Source: Dicyema japonicum
Taxonomy: Eukaryota; Animalia; Dicyemida
DNA: 64,000 nucleotides
Reading direction: 5' to 3'
Assembly: GCA_011109175.1 (NCBI GenBank)
Contig: RDEW01000001.1
Coordinates: 1,801,453-1,865,452 of the forward strand
Below are positions 62,320 through 64,000 of this stretch, in pieces. The stretch's first letter is position 1; each line of letters opens with the position of its first letter. The notes beneath the pieces were generated by a model that was not told the DNA's origin, made no database searches, and worked only from the letters and a program-made list of their open reading frames with translations. The position numbers and the translations under genes are program-made.

Positions 62320-62955
62320 AATCTTTATTAGACTAATAGGCCTAGGGATCCACCCTCGATTTTCTTGGTTTTGGGATCATAGTGGAATCCTTCCAACTTG
62401 AGGTGCATATCCCATATTAAGACTTGCTCCAAATAGGTAACAGAGGACCTCAAAGAGGGAATCCGTATCCTCCTTGAATAACTTAAGCCGTATCCCGTCC
62501 ATTCCAGGAGCTTTAACTCGCACTCCATAATAGTTTGTTTCACCTCTTCTTTAGTAATTATCTCCATGCGCCATTTCCCAAGATGTTCTTCCAGAATTTT
62601 CATACTTGAATGAGATTCTTCGGGCACTAGCTCCTTTGGATCAATCCCTTGAATAATCTCGAGCAGTATTAGGAACATACGCCTTGGTGACAACACTGCC
62701 ATTGAATCTCTTCAAATTAATAACATCTGATTTAGATCTAGGGGTTACATTCTCCGATAAGACCTCCAGAATGTTGGGTTCGTGGTGTCCAACCTTCCTG
62801 CTTCAGTCCTCCATTTTTTATTAACTTTTTCTTTAAATAAGAAATCCATAATCTTCTGAGTAATTCGTATTTTTCTCTTAGAAATTCTCGGTTCATATAA
62901 CCCAGACACCGTCTTAACTTTGTCCGAAAGAAATTTTGTTCTGAAATTTCCCGCT
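62320..62955 (-). mobile_element. Jockey-like LINE fragment (same family as 19930-22400)
   Basis: IQGIDPKELVPEE. Supplies the empty site for the Tc1 insertion. Confidence 0.8.
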
Positions 62956-63260
62956 TGCTTTCCGCAAGCCGCCCAATTAACTTTATAAACTCTGACGTGT
63001 TCGGACCAAGAACGCTAGAAGTCTTAACGAACATAGGTTGGAAGGTGAAACGGCCCCCAATGCCGTGGTCCTCCTTCCTTTTCAAATCTTCAGCAGTTTC
63101 GCTGAGGAACCCGCAATGACGACTTGAACATAATTACGTTAAAAGAAAGTGTTTCTTGCATGATGAATCCCCAGCAAGACACCTCCCTTGTATCCATGTC
63201 ATGTTCATTTCACCATCCGCCCTCTTTCCAAATGTTCCAGAAGGCAAGTAAACCAGGTAT
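62955..63260 (-). mobile_element. CRE-like RLE-domain fragment
   Basis: GKRADGEMNMTWIQGRCLAGDSSC..FQPMFVKTSSVLGP. Confidence 0.75.
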
Positions 63261-63751
63261 CATCCAACATGATTCGAATTACTAAAATTAAAATTATTCT
63301 ACTAAACTAAATGACTTTTATAGAAGTTTTCATACACAAGTGAAATAGAGTTTTAAATTAAAAGGCAACAAAAGACATGAGACGAGCACAACAACGAAAG
63401 AGATGGAGAAGGCTAACGGAAAGGATAGTCGAAAAACATGGGACAAGCGAAACCATAAACAATGTTCACTGGTAAGGCGGATGTGCTTTAATATCTCTGG
63501 GGAGGAAATTACATGAAAGTCTCTCCGAGGAAGAGAATAGCCTTGTCAAGCCGGTAAAAATAGATATCAAAGTAAGGTTGGGTAACCAGCTTTACAATAC
63601 GTACTAAATGGACGACTACAATGGAGATGGGATACGTGTGAAGTGTCTATGCCGCAAAGGCGGACACAATTAAAATCCCTTTAACTAACTCCTTACTTAC
63701 TTTGGAATAAATTTGATTTGATTTTGATAATTTTAAATAAATTAAGACTGC

Positions 63752-63823
63752 GGGGGTATAGCTCAGAGGTAGAGCGTTCGACTGCAGATCGAATGGTCAG
63801 GAGTTCGATTCCTCTTGCCCCCT
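63752..63823 (+). tRNA. trnC-GCA: tRNA-Cys(GCA)
   Basis: Full cloverleaf: acceptor GGGGGTA/TGCCCCC, anticodon arm TTCGA-CTGCAGA-TCGAA, T-arm ending GGAG-TTCGATT-CCT, followed by a T-run Pol III terminator. Confidence 0.97.
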
Positions 63824-64000
63824 TTTTGGAATTTATTATTTTTATTTTTTCTTTCTAAGACGACTTAAAATGCTTCAATTTATTATTTATTTAAACTCTG
63901 AGACTTAACACATTTTGTTAAGCGTAATAATGATTATATACCCAAATTTCACATATTTGTGTTTTAGTCATTTCGCCAACGTAATCGACAAAATACAGGC

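Noticed and set aside
62738-63085. In-frame CRE-RLE / Jockey-like fusion ORF as a new chimeric retrotransposon
   Set aside because: Single decayed junction near 62955. The sister LINE near 20030 has a different upstream sequence, so this is probably a chance nested truncation.

Overview
Eukaryotic (animal) genomic DNA, AT-rich, with no prokaryotic features. Host genes are split by very short GT-AG introns (22-31 nt, mostly 22-27 nt), so the ORF track fragments them. Together with a Lox5-type Hox gene carrying the spiralian 'RLTGP' parapeptide, this points to a dicyemid mesozoan (Dicyema-like; inference). Host genes recovered by manual splicing: RPS17, an NCKX exchanger, USE1, MON1, RBM39, an orphan single-pass membrane protein with PP1-docking-like motifs, Lox5/DoxC, a La-motif protein (plus a decayed paralog), a Ser/Thr kinase, two tandem-duplicated atypical Rho-like GTPases, and tRNA-Cys(GCA). 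Much of the rest is transposon debris: RTE-like, Ingi/Vingi-like, Jockey/I-like and CRE-like non-LTR retrotransposons, pogo/Tigger and a DD35E IS630-Tc1-mariner element, a tRNA-derived SINE, and a ~235-bp internally deleted LINE derivative. The most unusual signal is the palindrome CACGTG. I counted about 39 copies by eye, against roughly 7 expected from base composition. They are concentrated in the gene-rich 23-37 kb interval and occur in exons in all three codon phases and inside 22-24 nt introns. Transposon boundaries are approximate and all counts are manual.
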